Below are positions 49,216 through 63,232 of a stretch of DNA of 64,000 nt, in pieces; positions within the stretch are counted from its first letter, which is position 1; the number at the start of each line of letters is the position of its first letter. The notes under the pieces were generated by a model. The model was not told where the DNA came from, made no database searches, and was given only the letters and a program-made list of their open reading frames with translations. The stretch comes from Psilocybe cubensis (taxonomy: Eukaryota). The stretch is from the NCBI GenBank assembly GCA_017499595.2, contig CM039003.1, positions 2,356,001 to 2,420,000 of the forward strand. Reading direction: 5' to 3'. The translations under genes and the position numbers were made by a program.

Positions 49216-52200
49216 TGTCGTCTACAATCTTAGTCAAATGGTGTAGAAAACTAGAAATATTTTCATTCTTGTATTGCATTAATGTACTGTGTATTCTATT
49301 TCTTGGTTCCCGATGTAAAATCTTTTGGCATGCGGCATGCAGCTGACGGCTCGTTGTGACGGAGATTAACTGGGAACTCATTTTACTTCTACCGTGGTAT
49401 ACGAGCTTTATAAGGCTGTCATATGAGAACTGACAGTTGGGCTTATTATTCGAGATTCATCCACAATTTAACAGTCAAATTCTTCGATTGCATTTATCAC
49501 TCCAGGGCGTGATACCTCCTATCTGGTGCGTCATTCTCAATTCCCCGGGTATGCAGGGTTGGACAGACATTTGAAAGAAACTGTGGCATCGCGGGTTGCA
49601 GCGCCCATTCGCTGTGCATCTCCTTGTGACAGATAAGCGCCATCTGTACATGTCGACTAATATCAGAGCCGAGATTTCATTAAAGAGATATTAGCACAGG
49701 AGAATTTGATACAACGGTTATCGAAGCTCGGAGTTACCTCGCAGTTTTCAGAAATCTTTTTGTCATCATTATAGCTGTCCTACAGTCTACATATGATAAA
49801 CTAACGAACACAAAGACCATAAGTACCGTAATGCTCCGAATCAGGCACCATGGAGTGAAAAGATAAGATACTGTGATTAAACTTTGATATACAGGCTAAT
49901 GAGGCTATTCAATGAACATTTACAGAAAGGCAAGTTTGATGGGCGCTCAAAAGTTGGGTATTGACGTTACGACATTTATAGTCGACTACATGCTTTTACG
50001 CCCTGAAATACATTTCTACACTTATCTTCTTGATAACAAACATTTGAACGGCTTCCTACTTTACATGTGTCTTGCATGTCGTTGCGACACTTGGAAGTGC
50101 ATTATCTGAGCAATTCTGAAGCAATTCACCTCGGAACTCCCTTGACTGAAAGATGGAAATGTATTAGTTTTTTAGGGTGGACCACAAGCGTACAGTAACA
50201 ATGTTTAGTAACAAGCTTTCAATGCAAAGATTACCCAAAGCAGTTAACCATCTTTGTTCGATCGATCTTGCCCCTTACGAACAGGCCGAGCCTCCATTGC
50301 GGAAGAATTTTGGCTCTTCGTCGCATAGTAATTTTGAGTGGATACCGAGTGATCAATACATAACGAAGTCAATAAAATAGAGTGTGAAGCAGGGTACAGG
50401 GTCTGGATAAGCCTTTAGCAAATAGAGCTTGTGAACTGTTCTAAAGTTGTCACCATTAGCAGTGGGTTGGTCATGAGAAATAATGGCACATTGTTCTTAT
50501 CAAGAAACTTCATTCTAGCCCAAATACATGTGTAAGAGCCCAGAACCGTCGGATTTTGAGAATACACACGGCAACCCATCTACAATTCTAAATCGGCGAG
50601 TTCGGAGGCAATAGTGCTTGCAGTTCAGGGGTAAGACTTCCAAGTATAGTAATTAAGTTTACTGATTTGTGCGTAATTGATGGCGCGTCTCTGGCGCGTT
50701 TTCCACCATAGCATTACTAGCAATAAAACGTTCACAACATTTCTGTTGAAGGTGGGTTTCCAATAAATTGGGTTTCTCTACCCTTAGTATTTGTAGATAA
50801 AACAACACAATTATTGCTGCTGTTGAACTATCAAGTGTGGATTTCAGGACGCTGTAGTCAAATATCAAAGCCGTTAGATTAACCGCGCAATTAGAAGCAA
50901 TTAGACGTCTAATGGCAATATTGAATGAGTCAAATATACATAAGTTTATCTAAATTACTGTTAATGACGTGTTTTCGTGTTGAACTTGGAGCGCCATGTG
51001 TCATTGCGTGGGGCATTATTTTTATAATACGAGTCAAGCTCTATCTCAATCAAAGCTTAAACTAGTATAATGTGCTCGACCTTGGCCAAAAGACTAGTAT
51101 TATGGGTATTATGACTTCAGTTGTGACTTCACTCATGAGGAGTATATAGTGCTCCAAATCTATAAGCAAGTAGGGTTATAAAGTGGAAAGGCCTCTATCT
51201 CAATTGAACGTTGCTAAGTAAAGACAAGCGACGGGACCTCATCTACTATTGGAGCTCAATGAGAGACTTGGAGAACATTTCCTCTGTGCGCTCCATTGGC
51301 TATACTGGGAACTTGAGTGGGGCTCCTCGAGCCGTTTCATTTATGACGTAGAAAAGATGCTTTGGTTGAACTGTGGAGACTAAATGTACCTGTGAGTCCG
51401 TTAAAGTAGTTGCTTAAATCTTCATGCATGTTATAGGAGCATGGCTTGTTCGTGACTCCCAAATGCTATTACTGACTACAAATACCAGCGATTTCTCCTA
51501 TGGTCCGCAGTTCCGTATTGTTACATCCCTTGGATGTGGACTATTTACTGTCCAACCACCTTTAAAACCGGTATTTTTGGAAACTGCGTTTGAACCCTGC
51601 CGGTCTCTAGAGATACTATATCAAAGAAGAGCAACAAATACTATGTATATTTGACCAATTAAAAACAACAATCACAACTATTAAGTAGGAATAAATCATG
51701 TGCAAATAGCATGATTGTCAGCGCGATGTACTGAGCGGACGTGGGCTTGATCATTTCTAACTCATAAGGTACGCCGTTGTGGGGACCAACCGCTAAACGA
51801 AATCTCAAGGTTGTCAACTTCTCGAAATCTGGAAAGCGATAAGTCTGCCCAGAAATGGGAATTGTCCTGGATTGTCACAACGGCTACCAGGTCAATGAAG
51901 CACCCGCTTCCATCCGTCCATTAGAATATGCCAAGCGATGTACTTCATTCAAAGAGAAGCTCTTTTTTCATCAGAAAATCTACGCTCAGTTTGCTCGGTG
52001 CCTCCCCCAAAACCACATCCTATCGCCGATCCTATACAAAACGCCATGTCAGCGCAGCACAACGCTCATCGGTAGCATCCGAGCGCAATTGGCCGAGTGG
52101 CTTTGGTGAGAATAAGAACTTGCGCGAGATCGGGGTGCGTTCCTGGTTGGCAATAGTCAAATGGTGGAGAGGCGGGAACCACCGAAGGCAGCAGGCACTC

Positions 52201-55122
52201 GATTAACGAAGCCAGGCAACAGAGCCGTTTCGTTGGATTCGCAGATACAGATGCACATGTCATTGCTCGTCATCAGTGGCTGATTGCACAGACGCGTTTT
52301 CAGAAGGCGTATGTTTGGAGATACGCTCGTAGCGCGTGAAAGGATACCACGCCTTCGGAGAAATACCACTTGAGCGTATAGCAAACGTCGGCTATGTGCA
52401 ACTTTAGTGATAGACCGGCAATATACGAAGGAACAGGTTAGACAGGCGAGAGAGGTGGCCAGCGAAGCTGCTAGATAAGAGAAAGCTGCGATCAGAGACG
52501 AAGTAGTGGTAGAGGACCAGATGAAAGTATCCGTTTCGACGTCGAGATTTTGAAGACGTAAAGTAAATGAAGTGCCACTTTGGTCGATTCATGATTGTAT
52601 TTCGAGAGTTCTGTGGTACTCCCTGCCCGAATTTTGACAGAGTAAATTACAAAAAATACGGATCGCCTCTATACAAAGAATTTTGGCGAGATTGCACCAG
52701 AATGAGGGAATATCATCCCAAATCTGGTAGGAAGTCTGGGGCGTGCTGATGCTATCTGTGCGCTTGAGAAAGTTGAATACCAAGATAGACGAATTCTAGA
52801 CAAATATGGCAGAATTTAACCCAGGATCCTGTTTTTAGGCAGATGGAAAGAGAACGAAGCGTGATCGCCAAGAAATTTTGAGTAGCATTGTGCTCGTGCC
52901 GTCACGTTGCCCTTCAAGTTAGTCCCGACGGTTGCAGACCGTTTTTTTTCAACGACGGCAAAGATAGACAGTGAAAAGTTCGAGGCTTAGAATAGAGGAT
53001 TGAATTGAAAGAACACTCGTCGGGAAATTGATGCACTCTGGGGCACCCAGAGGTATGGCGAGGTTCCCGCAGCCCACTTCATATTTGCAGTATTCTTAGT
53101 CCACTGTTTGGCTGGCTTTTGACGTTGGGGAAGTTGAGAATGCGTTTTCTTCTGCCTGGCTGAAATACCTGGTGAAACGAACGACTCGTTTCTCTCCAGA
53201 GCAGATAAGAATGGCGGGCTTTTTGCCTGCGCTGATGCGCCGCCGTACGACCTTCTGGTACACGGTACGAGTAGTGGCCTGACCTGAGAAAGATCTGGGG
53301 TGCTTCTGTCGAGAATGAAGGTTAAGCCGATACGTTAAGCGAGCCGTGTGGGTAGACCGCTTACCCAGGACTAGTAGCAAACAATGAACTCACGTAAGAA
53401 TGCACACATTAAACTTCACTGGGTGTCCCTGTGACGCTGTTCACTAACTTGTCGAGTTGTAAAGTTGAAATAGCAAGAAAATGAGAAAGATCAAAAAAAT
53501 ACTGTTTGCGTAATACGATCGAAGCCACGTTCTCCGTCATTGCTTCTTCTCAGAGAGAGGTGCGCCAGCTACAAAACTCCCGCGAGAGAGAAAAGAAACT
53601 CTTTCGTCCAACAGGCGGCGGCTGTCGCATGGGAAAGATGAAATCAGGCACAGAGAGGTGGCATGCTTGCCGGGGCCGGTGAGATATTTCGATAGCATTC
53701 CGGAGTGTTACACTATTTTGAGACTTTTGATAATGCGTTGAAGGAAAATAATCCTCACTGGAGCATTTCTAGGTTGATAGCGATGGTGTGTCTCTCGGTA
53801 CTCCACATTGGAGCAGGAACAGTCTACCAGTATTGGAAACTACGATGGGCAGTGATGAGGAGTGGTTGTGAGGAGGATATGAGCCGTATGTTGTGGTCCA
53901 CTCGATCAAGATGAGTGTAGCAGTTCCGATGAATATGACGGTGAGAGATTTGAACTGATTCCAAAACGCCGACGGTCACTTCAAAAAAAGACTTCAGGTT
54001 TACTAGAACGCTGAATGTACCTCATAAAAGCACATTGAGTCTGCGTGAGACCTGAACACAGGCTCAAGATATCATAGCTTTCACAGCCGTCGTGAGAACT
54101 GTACCCTAGGACAATCAGTGAAAGTTTTCATTAGACCTACAGGTCAATCAGACTTCAATCCGACGCGGAAGAAAGAGAAGATTTACAGAGTTTATGGGGC
54201 TAGTGTGTTCTATTCCGCCCTAGTCTGCTAATTGTGTATCGCCGAGTCATTGGACTATCCGAGGCCGAAGAATGGAAGGAAATTGGCTACTGGAAACACG
54301 ATAAGCACAGGCTCTGATGTGGTCGTCGAGCAAGAGGCCCATGCAGGCGCATGATGACATGAGCTCAGTCAGATGCATGGCTGATAAAGACGCAGACATG
54401 GGGGATTGTCACAGAGAGACGATGTTGCCCCGGCGATCCAAATGCGTTTAGGCAGCAACACAGGCACTACCCCGTCAGAACAGAACAAAGATCTTATTAG
54501 AGCACACGCATATTGATAGAAATTGTCGAACGAGCTATTCAAGACGGCCAAGGAGGATTAAAATAGAGAACGAGGATGACGCTGTGGTCATGAGATAATA
54601 GATGGAAAAGAGCAAAAAACTGAGGAGATTCGAGGAGAAAGATACTAGAATTGGAGTGCCAACAGAGGCGTATAGAGCCGGGGGTATGGAGCCAGGCTAG
54701 GAGGATTTGGAAATAGTAGCCGCGTGTCAATAGATAGATAATGGTGGTGGCGGAGAGTTGTCGGAGGGAGGTTGATTGGGCGTAGTGTGGCTTGGAAAAA
54801 AAGAGAAAAAAGATATTTGCAGAAAAGTAGATGATGTGTGTGTCTGGCTCATTCGTGTTTAATTCCGGAGGCGGACTGGTTTGAGGGAAGACGGTGAGTC
54901 CAGAAACGGGCAAAAACTCGGATGAACGAGATCGAGATTTGTTGCCAATTTTGGTCATCGACGTTTGCGATCGCTTTTCCCACGGGTGGTACGCGACTTG
55001 AAGATGGACTGACGCGGCCTTTCTCAAACTCTGCTCTTCATCGTTATATACTCTCCCTTTCCACTTCTTCGGACGCTTTCTGCCCCACTTTCTCTGTCCT
55101 CGTATCTGCTTCCTCATAGGAC

Positions 55123-56568
55123 ATGCCAGGCATGGTTTCAACTAGTCAGCCCACACAGCAGTCTTTCAACCCCTACACTGAAAACGGAGGCACAATCTTG
55201 GCTATTGCTGGTGCTGACTTTAGTGTTATCGCAGGCGACACTCGGCAGAGCGAGGGTTACAGCATACAAACACGATATGCCCCAAAGGTCTTCCGTCTGT
55301 GAGTCTTGCCTGCCTTGCCAGCCCTCCTTGTCTCTCTTGTGCTCATTGGGCGCCTTTTACTGGTACATTAGCACGGACAAGGCTGTACTGGCGGTCAATG
55401 GGTTTGCTGCAGATGGAAATATGTTTGTGAAGAAGGTTCGACAGCGTTTGGAGGTATGTCTCCGCTTGTCCAGCGTCTATTTCCACAAGTGCTCTTGTCT
55501 GATAAATAATAGTGGTATCGCCATGCCCATGCTAAGGACATGCCGATCCGAGCCATTGCCAGACTTATCCAGACAATGCTTTATGCCCGCCGTTTCTTCC
55601 CTTACTACGTCTACAACATCCTCGGAGGTATTGAAGAAGATGGTGAGTTCGTCTCTCTCACCATCTCCTACGCAATCCAATCTCTAGATTAGTCGCCTCT
55701 TACGTATCGGCTAACAAATGCCATACGTCTGAGTCTCTTGCGTATCTGCTCAAACTGGTTCATACAAGTTACTAAATTTGTTTTGATATTGATTCCTTTA
55801 GGCACTGGTGCAGTTTACTCTTTTGATCCCGTGGGCTCTTATGAGCGTGAAGCCTGTCGCGCTGCCGGTGCGGCACAATCTCTTGTGCAACCCTTCCTAG
55901 ACAATCAGGTCAGTATAAACCTTGTTTATTGAGTGATGGAGGAACCCAATGTGGTATACGAACCGTCTGCCCCGTGCCAAAGTCGTATCCGATCCTTTGC
56001 CGATTTCGCACCGTGATCACAAATTCAAATATTTTGACCTTCTAATTATTTTGTGCTGGCGCTGACGCCGGTTGCCTTTCTTTTAACAGATCTACTTCAA
56101 GAACCAAACGCCTGCCCCGGGAACGTCATTTCCCAAACATTTGCCGCTATCCACTGTGCTACCCCTCGTGATTGACTCGTTCACAAGTGCAACGGAAAGG
56201 CACATCGAGGTTCGTTACACACTCTCAATTTATCTTGCTCTCGTGGTTATCAGAATTTTCTTGCATCATTTTCTATTTACTTTTTCCCCAAACCCCGTGT
56301 CCGTGTTCTCATGCCATTACTGCATCCTTACCCCACATCCGAAACTGTATCTTGCTACTTATTCAGTTCTTCCGTCGATCCCGCGTGCCCTCATGCTAAA
56401 TTGTTTATTTCTGTATAGGTTGGCGATGGCCTAGAAATTTATGTTGTCTTGGCCAAAGGTAGCACTTCCCTCCAGGGGATCACGAGCATCCGCGGGGTCC
56501 AGGAGCTAACGGCCACAAGCGAAGGCGAGAGAGTGTTTGTGATCAGAAGGGACCTGAAGAAAGATTGA
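55123..56568 (+). CDS. PRE7: 20S proteasome subunit beta 6 (PSMB1 ortholog)
   Basis: [90 protein letters not shown], ending DLKKD*. Confidence 0.97.
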
Positions 56569-57369
56569 ACGAGGTGTTTCGCGTTGCACATGCTTGTACC
56601 TCTCTGGCTAGCTTGTCATCGTTCTTCTTGGAATCAGACGACTTGGACGGCTCGAGCGCACACTGTGAATGTTGTCCAAGTCAAGCGAATGGCCGTGTTG
56701 AATATCTTGTTCCTCCCTTGCTTTCCCTTTTCTATTATTAGCAGTGACTGAGCTCATTTAGACCTCGAGTATTTATGCATACCAGACTCGCCCTCGCAAG
56801 TCATGCACGTGTATAACACCCATCCTGCGGACTCCAAGACTGGTTCATCGTTAGTTTCCAGTTCTCTGTATTTTACGTATTAGCTTTAGAAGAATGCGTT
56901 TGGCCCTCCAACGTTGTGTTCTTTTTGTATCGAATGTATGACGAGCCTTGGGAATTCTGCTTACGTCATCCTGGTTGCTAAGGGTCGCAGATATGTGAAA
57001 ATGATGGAAAGCTGCAGAAAGGAGGCAGCGGCCAACAGGATTGATACCAGCCTCTTGCCACCATTACCTGGCTTCTCCCTGATTTCTTCCAGTAGTGTGT
57101 ACATCGCTCGACGCGGTATAACACCAAATTTCGCTGAAGTTCAAAGGTTGATCAAGACTACGGTGGCTCGGGACCAAGACACCAAAGCCAAACAAAGCCA
57201 AACGGGGAACTCCACTCATTTCTCTCTCACCATCATCACCCCTTTGGTCCTCCTCTTTTCTTCGCCCCCAGCAATACCCTCACCCTACCCTTGTTTCTCC
57301 TTACACACACCTATAGACCCCTTTTCTCATCCCGGATATATATCTCAAAAATCTGACTGCTAAAAAAAC

Positions 57370-58260
57370 ATGCTTTTTTCGTCAATCCTCACTGTCGTGT
57401 TTGCGTCGCTGGCGCGCACCACCCTGGCCCAGGATCAGTTTGGGAACATTGTATACGATGCCATACACAATGCCACAGCCATCACCGGGACTTGGAGCTC
57501 AGGTAGCAAGGCAGTTAGGACAGGACAGGTGCGTGCGCTCAAACTTCATGGTTCAACTTTGTCTCTAAAACTCCCCTTTATCTGCGATAACGTAGGGTTT
57601 TGCTAACCCCGCTAATATGACTTTCAACTACCCGAAAACGACTGGAATCTCATATTCATTGTATGTCTCCCGCGCCATTTTGGGAGGAAATGTTTCTGAC
57701 TGACTGATCGGGTCTGTTTTATCTAGTACGGATGATGGGTTTTACGAGATTTCGAGGTATCGGTTCAACAGCAACGGTGCGTCCCTTGGCTGTTTTTGCT
57801 GGGTACTATTCCTTATCTGGTGCGGTTAGGCTCGGAGCCAACGTGTATTACGGGCGTGATAGCGTGGTCGCATGGAAAATACACCTTGAACGCAAACGGT
57901 TCTATTTCGATGTCACCATTTGAAGATGGCTTCCAACAGGTTCAGGATCCATGTGCCGCCATTTCCAATTTCATCGAACCATTTACGACCCCGGAGTACT
58001 ACAAGGGATGGAGAATATTCATGGATGCTAGCCAGGGTCCCAAGTTGCACATGTTCCAGTTCGACGGCACACCACTTGCTCCCATGTTCCAGGTCTCGGT
58101 GACTCCCAACATGCTCCCCACCCAATTGCTACGCAACACCGACGAACCTGTCATCCAAAGGCGTTCAAGTGCCCAGGGGACATCTGGTTCTCAATGGAAG
58201 GCGGGTGTGGTGGCTGGTGCTGGTTTGGCCTTAATTTCCAGCACAATCTCTATGCTGTAG
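57370..58260 (+). CDS. ROT1: ER chaperone Rot1
   Basis: Signal peptide, GTWSSGSKAVRTG|GFANP...P..TGISYSF|TDDGFYE, PTC..GV..W.HGKY, DGFQQVQDPC, LHMFQFDGTPLAPM...PNMLPT, and a hydrophobic C-terminus. Confidence 0.92.
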
Positions 58261-61200
58261 ATGCTTTAGCTAGCGATGGCTGCGACAACTCAGTAATGTA
58301 CATTGGTTGCTTAATCATGACGAGCCTCGAACCGACACATCATGCAAGTCACACCCCCTCCCTATCAGCTTACAATCACCCGCCATCTCCTCGCGCTTCC
58401 TACCATCAAACCCATTACACGTTTCACCCGCAGTTAGGCCACCTCCGTCATGATTCCACGCAAGGTTGTGGTTCGCCTGCAATTATAATACATACGACTA
58501 TTCTCCCCATTGCATCCACTCTTGTGGCCATTCATCCGGACTTTGGACCCATGGTTTTACTCTACTTCGCCCTTTATCCATTTTCTTCCAGATCATAAAG
58601 TTTGCTAACTTTCTTGTTGCATCTTATCCTCTTCTTTCTTGACCTTGGCATTTGTCTTGTATGTACATCCACTCCATTCGTACAGACGAGATACATTTTG
58701 CCCAAGACGTAGATCGTATCACCCATCCGTACATTTTTTCACAACAATCAAAAAGATACCCTCATATTTCATGCAATCTTTCTTCTATTCATCTTTCATG
58801 CATCATTCACATCTTTCTGAATGGGTCAAGATGGCACACCAAAGTTGAAGGAACAAACGCAAACTTTCAATTCACATTCGTTTATATTTCTTGGCCTTGT
58901 TGTTTTTCTTTTTTATTATCTTTGTTGCTTTCGCTTCACTCTTGACTTCTGTTTTTCTTGCCATTTGTATGCCATTACATTTATCACCCACCCGTAGAGC
59001 GGTAATATATGCAAAACGATATCATGACCACTCAAAGCTTGTTAACAGCCAACTGGAGATGCTGGTTTTCGTAAAAATTGAACAATGCCCCATTTGTGCT
59101 TTGTTGAACCAACAGGGGATGACGTGGACTGTATAGCGTGGTAAACAACTGTGGGAATTGATTACATAGAAACTGTAAAGTCACGTATCACGTGCTTTGT
59201 TATCCGTGACAACAAAATTTTTCACGTCGAATCCTGGTCTTATACTCTGGCTTCTCACAATGCTAACTACAGTCCTACGCCTCGACCAACGACGCCACTA
59301 TCGCACCTGTATCTTGGGGAGATAATTGTGAAGATTCTTGCTCACATCAGCTTACTTTTGTGGATTTAGTTCCTATCGTTTACCATGCTAGAAATCAATC
59401 GGAGAATCGCAGTGGCGTTCTAAGCTGTTTTCCTCGTAGAAACCTACATTGAGGGTGAGTACACCTTATCCTATGTCCTTTCTCTTCTCTTCTGTATGAT
59501 GAAGTATTTTCGGATGTAAAGCAGTCTACGGACTCGATTCCGAGAGCGCAAAAACCCATGTGGAATTTTCCGTTGCCTTCCTTCTGATCCTTTCACCGAT
59601 ATATATTTCATTTCTATGAACCTACGTGCTGATATCGTGTTCTCTCTTAATAGACCTTGTCGCGCTTTGAACAACTGTCATCATGATTCTTATGGTGGTC
59701 ATCTCCCCATGCCTCCATGCGTTCTGTCCTCGTGTTCGAGGGCGAGTGAATGTATCGTTCATTTAACCATGGTTCATGCCTTTTGGGTAAGGAAGGTTTC
59801 TCGGCTTATCCTTCCTTCTCATGTGCTAGATGTCAAGGCCGCCGTCACATTCTTCATTTTGTGAACGCTCCACTGTTCGGTATTTGCTTTTGCTTTTCTC
59901 CTTGATGTCGATTTTTCTTCGGGAGGTCGCTGAACTTTAATGGTGATTATCGATTCAAAGTAGTGTTAATTGGACCCGTGTTTGTTTCTATCCATCTAAT
60001 CATTCATATGCTACCGCACACCTGCGAGGCCTTCTGGCCACTGTCATTTTGTCGATGTAAAGTTGTTGTATTTTTTGCTTCGATGTGTCTTTATCCAGAA
60101 TGTTATCAAATGTTTTTAGTAAACTTCCTGCATGATTCAGAAGTTAAAGCTTCGGGACGCCCTGATCAAATCTCGCCTCTTTTCTGTGCTCATGATAGAG
60201 GCCAACTGAAGAAGTACTGGGATATATGAGTAATGTTCACAAGAGCACAACTTAAAAACTCAAACTATCTTTTTATCTCTGCAGCCGTTTCCAGATGAAC
60301 CGTTTGCTCTATCAATGGATTACACCGTCCGTTCGCTAGCAGATATTGAGTCTTGACTGGCTTTCTTTATCTCTTCTGTGCACAACAACGAAGCGATGTC
60401 ACTTTATATCAGTCTGACTTACTCGTTCACATACTGACTCCACCTAGTTTTTCTAGAATCCAGAACCTTGGCGAGCATCCATCATGTGCGAATTATATGC
60501 ATTTGCCTTGCCGTGTTGTTCTGATGAGTTTCACAAGGGTGAAAGAAAAACGAGCCTTGGTCGTTTGTTCAATGGTCCCTCAGCCCACACCACTTGCGGT
60601 TATATATATCTCCCTCGGTGACTTGTGCTTTATTTGTTTGTCCATTGACTCAACTTCACATAGGTTTAGATCAGAGAAATTGAATGTTACTCGACTTCCC
60701 AAAACTGTAGGCTTCGTCCATCGCCACTGACAACCTGATGATCCGCCCAAATGTGTATGTGATATTTGTAGACGTGGCATTCCAACAAAACGTCTCAACA
60801 ATACCACCAATATTCTCCAGAATTATGTCGTGCCAAGCCCTCCAATTGCAAGACATCCTTTTTGGGCGGTAATCTCCGGCGCTCTGCCCTTGACGATTTC
60901 TTTGTGCCACATAACCTCCCCAAGTTGGCTTCAATTGTCTTCGGAGAAATAAAATATACGTGTTTTCTACCCTTTCACCGAGCGAAATTCAGGCCAATCC
61001 TCTTTGCTCGACCGCAGGTCGGCATTTCGTGTAGAAAAGGTGGTTGAGCCGGAAATAGCACACTGATCTATAATATGCACCCACTACGCCCTTGCACTTT
61101 GCACTGAGATCAAAATCCCTTAAGACAAGTTTCGGCGAGATTTTTGCGGCCGTTAACAGGCAGAAAACCATTCGAACATTCCTGTTGCAAAGGATGAGTA

Positions 61201-63232
61201 TCCATCAATCTCCGAGAGGCGGCGAGAAGGTTGCATATATTCACTCTTATTCTCCATGACGGCTGGACACCCCTCCGCGATTTCTCCGAGACGAGGGCAA
61301 GCGTCATTTTTGCACGACGGGGCAATGTTTCATGGTCTTGTAGCATAATATAAAAATTGTGATCGTTGTCGTTTCTGAGATTCCAGCGACGGGGTTGCTT
61401 CCTCTCCCTCTTTACTCCTGGCTTTTCTTGAGTCACATTCTTTTTCAGTGCGCCCACAAATAGACTATGCTTTATGATTAATGCGATGTATACGGGGACT
61501 GGGAAGAGGATTCATAGGTATTGAGGTCAGACAGATAGTTACGATATCATGGAGGTAAGTGGCTTGCTCGAGTCCATGTTTGTTCGTGACAAAAATTTTA
61601 AGTTCTGCCACAAAAGCTCTTAAGAAGATTCAACATATTGCGTTGACTTGGTTCCAGAAGTATGTGAATCGAGTTTCTTTGTTGATATGACCTAGACGTG
61701 ATGAATTGAGCTCTACTCCGTGGTGTATTACAATGAATCTCGATGGTTAATTCAAAGCTATGCCGGAGATTAGGCAGTATTGAACGTCTTTTGATATAAA
61801 AAGAATTGATAAGCCTTGTCGTCGCCTCCATTGGAAAATTTATTTGTTCATTAGTGTTGCATATGCCCTCCTTCAAAATATGACCTACAAAACAGCTGGT
61901 TGTCTACTGTGGTTAGTAGAAAGCACGCAATTTCTTACCAGGGAAGGGGCCGTTGGGATATGAGCGCGTAAAAAAGACAGCCAACATTTATCCATGAATG
62001 CAACCCCGTGGTCTTTACATGAGGATGTCCATGCAGCAACTCATCGTTTCGCTTCCAAGCTATCCGATAATCGGCCGCAGCGGATTCTGGATATCTAAGA
62101 AGCAGCGATAACATAGCTGGCCTTATAACGTTCAGAAGTGCCGATTCGCAGAAAGACGTAGACCCACAGATTGTGGCGTTTTCAGAAAGGACCGAGCACC
62201 GAGTTTAACGTGACAGAGAAAGCATGTAGACAGCTTCCAACAGGGTTGTGATGAGAAAGGCAATGCATCCGAGAACGAGTAGAATACTCCTTTAGATGGG
62301 TAAGAAGGTCGTTTGATCGGCAAGTGGTCGGGGTTGGCATTTGCTGTTGCATTGAAGATACACACGAGCCGACTCGGTTCATAATGGTCTGATAGCTCCC
62401 TGAAGCGAGCTGGAGAAGATAATCCGTGGTCAGCGAGGCCTTGTATCACCAGGTAGCTCGCGGAAGACTCCCAAAGGAAGAGTTTGGCCCGTGTCCTGAG
62501 CGATCGGCAAAAGAGACTTTGTTCGCGTTTATTCTATTTCCCTCGAGACAGATTTAATAAATATCTGAACTCCCATGAGATTGACAGCCAGAGAAAGAGA
62601 CGACGCTTCCTGATTCAAAGACCAATTCTGAACAATTTCCAATGCAAACGGAGACAATCTCTTCAGGTATTGTAGTCGGATTGCTACCAACGTCGAGACG
62701 GTCAACACGAAAAAGTTGTTGGTATGGTTGTAGGAAATTGCATTCGAATTCAATGGGTCGTATATAATCTGAACTGAAACTCCTGGGGTGACTTCGCTAT
62801 TGCATTGGAAGTACTGGCAGTCACGGTGACGATGACTGTTGACAATTGTTGAGTTTCTAAAACTATCAAACGCTTTCCAAGCGTAGATTATGACCAAACG
62901 CGAAGCCTTGGATCACAGGTTGCAGCCGATATGCGATTTATGCAGGGATATCATGAAGGAGAAAATATAGAGTCAAACTTTGCATTGTGAGGACCTGCCG
63001 GACATCATTTACAACTCAGCGGCTTGTTTGGCTACGAACACAAGAACAAACATACTTGATCCAACGAACAGTTACACAATCGATCAAAGCGTAGCTGTCT
63101 CCGTGCTCAGGTCAGCCACTACCTTTGGAGGGAGGTGTAGTCCAAATAGCTTGGAAATATGGACAGAGCTCTTGTTGCTTGAAATTGATTGGATTGGTAC
63201 TTGACTTGGTTCGGTGAATGTATGACCCAAAA

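Noticed and set aside
54740-54755. Rpn4/PACE element upstream of PRE7 (GGTGGCGGA)
   Set aside because: Imperfect match within a GGT repeat; not distinguishable from chance.
58300-63200. Genes or transposons in the ROT1-DUF4504 gap
   Set aside because: Only short motif-free ORFs; no terminal repeats or transposase/RT signatures recognised.
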